A stretch of 64,000 nt of DNA. It comes from the human T2T-CHM13v2.0 reference genome, Homo sapiens. The stretch's first letter is position 1. The number at the start of each line of letters is the position of its first letter. Both the position numbers and the translations under genes were made by a program. Of the stretch, positions 61,650 through 64,000 are shown piece by piece. The stretch lies in the NCBI GenBank assembly GCA_009914755.4, contig CP068257.2, positions 42,592,001-42,656,000 of the forward strand, read 5' to 3'. The notes below the pieces were generated by a model. It saw nothing but the letters and a program-made list of their open reading frames with translations. It ran no database searches and had not been told where the DNA came from.

Positions 61650-62850
61650 GGAAAGGAGGGAGAGGGAGGGAGGAGTGCTGGCTGCTTTCCGCCAGCGCCT
61701 CGTTTGGGTTTCGCTCTGCTGAGGCCTGAAGGCGCCCTGAGGGCCCCTGGGGGGCAGGGAGGGGCGGTGGCTGCGGCCGACAGCAAGGAACCTCCGGAGA
61801 AGCGAAGCCGGGCCAGACGTGCCACCGGGGCCTCGGCGCTGGCGAAGGGGCGCGTGCGGCCGCACTGGGGCCAGCCCCGCCCTGGTCCCCGGCCACATCC
61901 TCGAGACCACCGGGGTGGAGGGGGGGGTCTCACTGCTCAGGGCCCGCGTGACATTGCACAGGTTTAGAAACGCACAGCGGGAAGGTGGCCCCGGCGGGCC
62001 GAGGGCGCAGGATCCCTGCTCCGTCCAGGGTCCGTCCTGCGAGGAGGCGCCGGGGGCGGGCCCGGGGCGGGGCGGGCGGAAGGCGCGCGCGGGGCGGGGC
62101 GGGGACGGCGACGCGGCGCAGGCGGCGGGAGTGCGAGCTGGGCCCGTGTTTCGGCCGCCGCCATGGCCGCGGTGGACCTGGAGAAGCTGCGGGCGTCGGG
62201 CGCGGGCAAGGCCATCGGCGTCCTGACCAGCGGCGGCGACGCGCAAGGTGGGCGGGGGTCCCGGCCGCGTCGCGGCGCAGGGGGTGGAGGGCGCCTCCGC
62301 CCTGGCCTCTCCGGAGCGCCCGCCGAGCCCCGGGACCCGGGTCTCGGGCCGGCCCGGCCTCCCGCCCCGGCCTCCCGCCCCGGCCTCCTGCCCCGGGTCT
62401 GTCCCCCGCTCTTCCCCGGCGCGGTCTCCGGCCTACGTGCGGCCGGCCACGTTCTCGGCCTCCGCCTGGGTCTTGGCGCCGCCCGCGCCCTGCCCCGGGG
62501 GTGTGTCCGACTCTGGGCCGCGGGGCAGGACCTCCCGAGGAGTCCCCGAGGCCACGCGAGCGGAGGGCGCCGGTCCCGCCACCCCCAGAGCCTGGCCCTT
62601 CCTGGTTCTGAAGCGACCCGGGGACCCGGTGCCTCCCGAGGGCCGGCGCCAGGCTGCGGGCTTCCGGGACCTCCTCCCGGCTGGGCGGGGGCGGACTCAC
62701 TCCCGGACCGCGCCTCCTCCTCGGGGCCCTCGCGGCCGCCTTCCTTGTGGGTCTAGCTGGGGAAGAGGGCGGTGGGGAGATGGGCTGCCCGGGGCATTGA
62801 GCAAAGCCCAGTTGTCACCCTTTTCGCAGGGGTACTGGGGAGGCCTCAGG
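61650..62850 (+). promoter_or_regulatory. PFKL: PFKL CpG-island promoter with multiple Sp1/GC boxes (ggggcggggc x3 at ~62060-62110)
   Basis: High GC and CpG density. GC boxes lie just upstream of the PFKL ATG at 62163. Confidence 0.6.
62163..62247 (+). CDS. PFKL: PFKL exon 1 coding part (MAAVDLEKLRASGAGKAIGVLTSGGDAQ + G); the rest of the gene is beyond the window
   Basis: ORF 62163..62756(+) begins MAAVDLEKLRASGAGKAIGVLTSGGDAQG, the N-terminus of liver-type phosphofructokinase. Donor is CAAG|gtgggc. Confidence 0.85.
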
Positions 62851-63569
62851 TGGTGGGGACTGGGACTTGGCAGAGCTGGGTGGGGGTCCGGCCTGAGGGC
62901 GTGGTGTCCTCGCACGCTCCCTCCCGGAGGCCTGGTCCTGCCCACTGCCGGCCTCCAGTGTCTCTGGCCTGACATGTCCAGTGTGGCACCTGTGGCACAG
63001 GACGCCACCTACCCTACCCCTCAGGAGGAGAGAGGAGAGGATTTAGGAGACCAGAAGTGAGGTGCTGGGTTGGGAAGGGGCCCAGCCAGCACCCCAAGGC
63101 TGTGCAGCGGGGTCTGGTCTGTCTTTTAGAGTTCAGAAAATGGTTGAGAAAATGCGGACACACACCCCCACCCAGCTTCAGGCACCTGACCCTCCTTTTC
63201 CCTATCTGGAAGCCAGGAAGAGGCGAGAAGGAAGCCGGCCTTGAGTGGGACCAAGCCAGGGAGGCAGGAGTGGCTCGTGGGTGTCACTGTCTGAACCCCG
63301 GCCTGCAGAGGGGGCTCCTTCAGACCTGGCTGAGCCAGGCCTGTGGTGGCTGCCCACCCGCCCTTTTCACAGCTGTGGCAAGAGCGGGAGCTGCTGCTTG
63401 TTGCCGGCTACTGGCAGTGTCCTGGAGCCAGTGTGGCTCCACAAGTCCTGTCCTGTGTGGCTCTGGGTCACGCCTTTCCTGTGGGCCAGGGGTCCGTGTT
63501 GTCGAGAGGGGAGGGCGTTGTTCAAGGATGTCTTTTTGCACAATAACCTGTGCAAAGGTAGCTAGAAGA

Positions 63570-63625
63570 CTTGAAGCAGGCCGGGTGCGGTGGCTCACAC
63601 CTGTAATTCCAGCACTTTGGGTGGC
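63570..63625 (+). mobile_element. Alu 5' fragment
   Basis: ggccgggtgcggtggctcacacctgtaattccagcactttgggtggc. Confidence 0.7.
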
Positions 63626-64000
63626 CTGGTGGGTTGTGGGCCCAGGTGGGAGAGGAGGCCCGTGGCCTTGGAGGGTGAACTCGGGAAGCTCCATCCCATG
63701 AGATTAGACAAGAAAGGCCCCGAGTCTGGAGGGCAGACAGGTTGCTGTGGGGCCAGCCCGCCTGCCCACCAGGGAGGCGCTTTCTTGGTGAGGCTGGTGA
63801 AGCCCCAAAGCCCACCTGTGGTTCCCTGAAACACAGAGGGTCCCCAACCAGCTTCCTTGTTTGCAAAGTGGGAGCATCAGCAGTGGAGGGTTGGGAAAGT
63901 TGAGAGCCTGGGGTGGCACGTGCCCCCCCCACCCCCTGCCACCCCATGCACAGACTAAACAGAGAAGGGGGGCTCGCTGGAGGTTGCTGAAGGGCCAGCC

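Noticed and set aside
61930-62700. 256-aa minus-strand ORF and overlapping plus ORFs
   Set aside because: They lie in the PFKL CpG island and are an Arg/Pro/Gly artefact. Only 62163-62247 (plus) is real coding sequence.

Overview
This window is human (or great-ape) chromosome 21q22.3 and is a well-characterised locus, not an uncharacterised system. On the minus strand it holds the 5' end of ICOSLG (exon 1 with the ATG, plus the signal-peptide exon 2 inside intron 1) and the complete DNMT3L coding region as 11 coding exons (386 codons). A ~24-kb repeat-rich intergenic spacer follows, then the complete AIRE gene on the plus strand (14 coding exons, 545 codons), then the first coding exon of PFKL on the plus strand. 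Exons were placed by recognising the protein sequences in the six-frame ORF track and locating AG/GT splice junctions by hand. Coordinates are mostly calibrated against ORF-track positions; a few rest on manual base counting and may be off by 1 nt. More than 40 Alu elements and several L1 fragments fill the introns and the intergenic region, including one L1 nested inside another with a visible target-site duplication. Apart from a pair of NF-kB motifs 3.4 kb upstream of AIRE that match the known AIRE enhancer, the observations below are minisatellites, a NAGNAG acceptor, an unused strong donor inside an AIRE exon, tandem duplications next to AIRE splice sites, and a CpG island with no gene I can assign. 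I see no evidence of a novel genetic system here, only poorly characterised regulatory and repeat structure within known genes.
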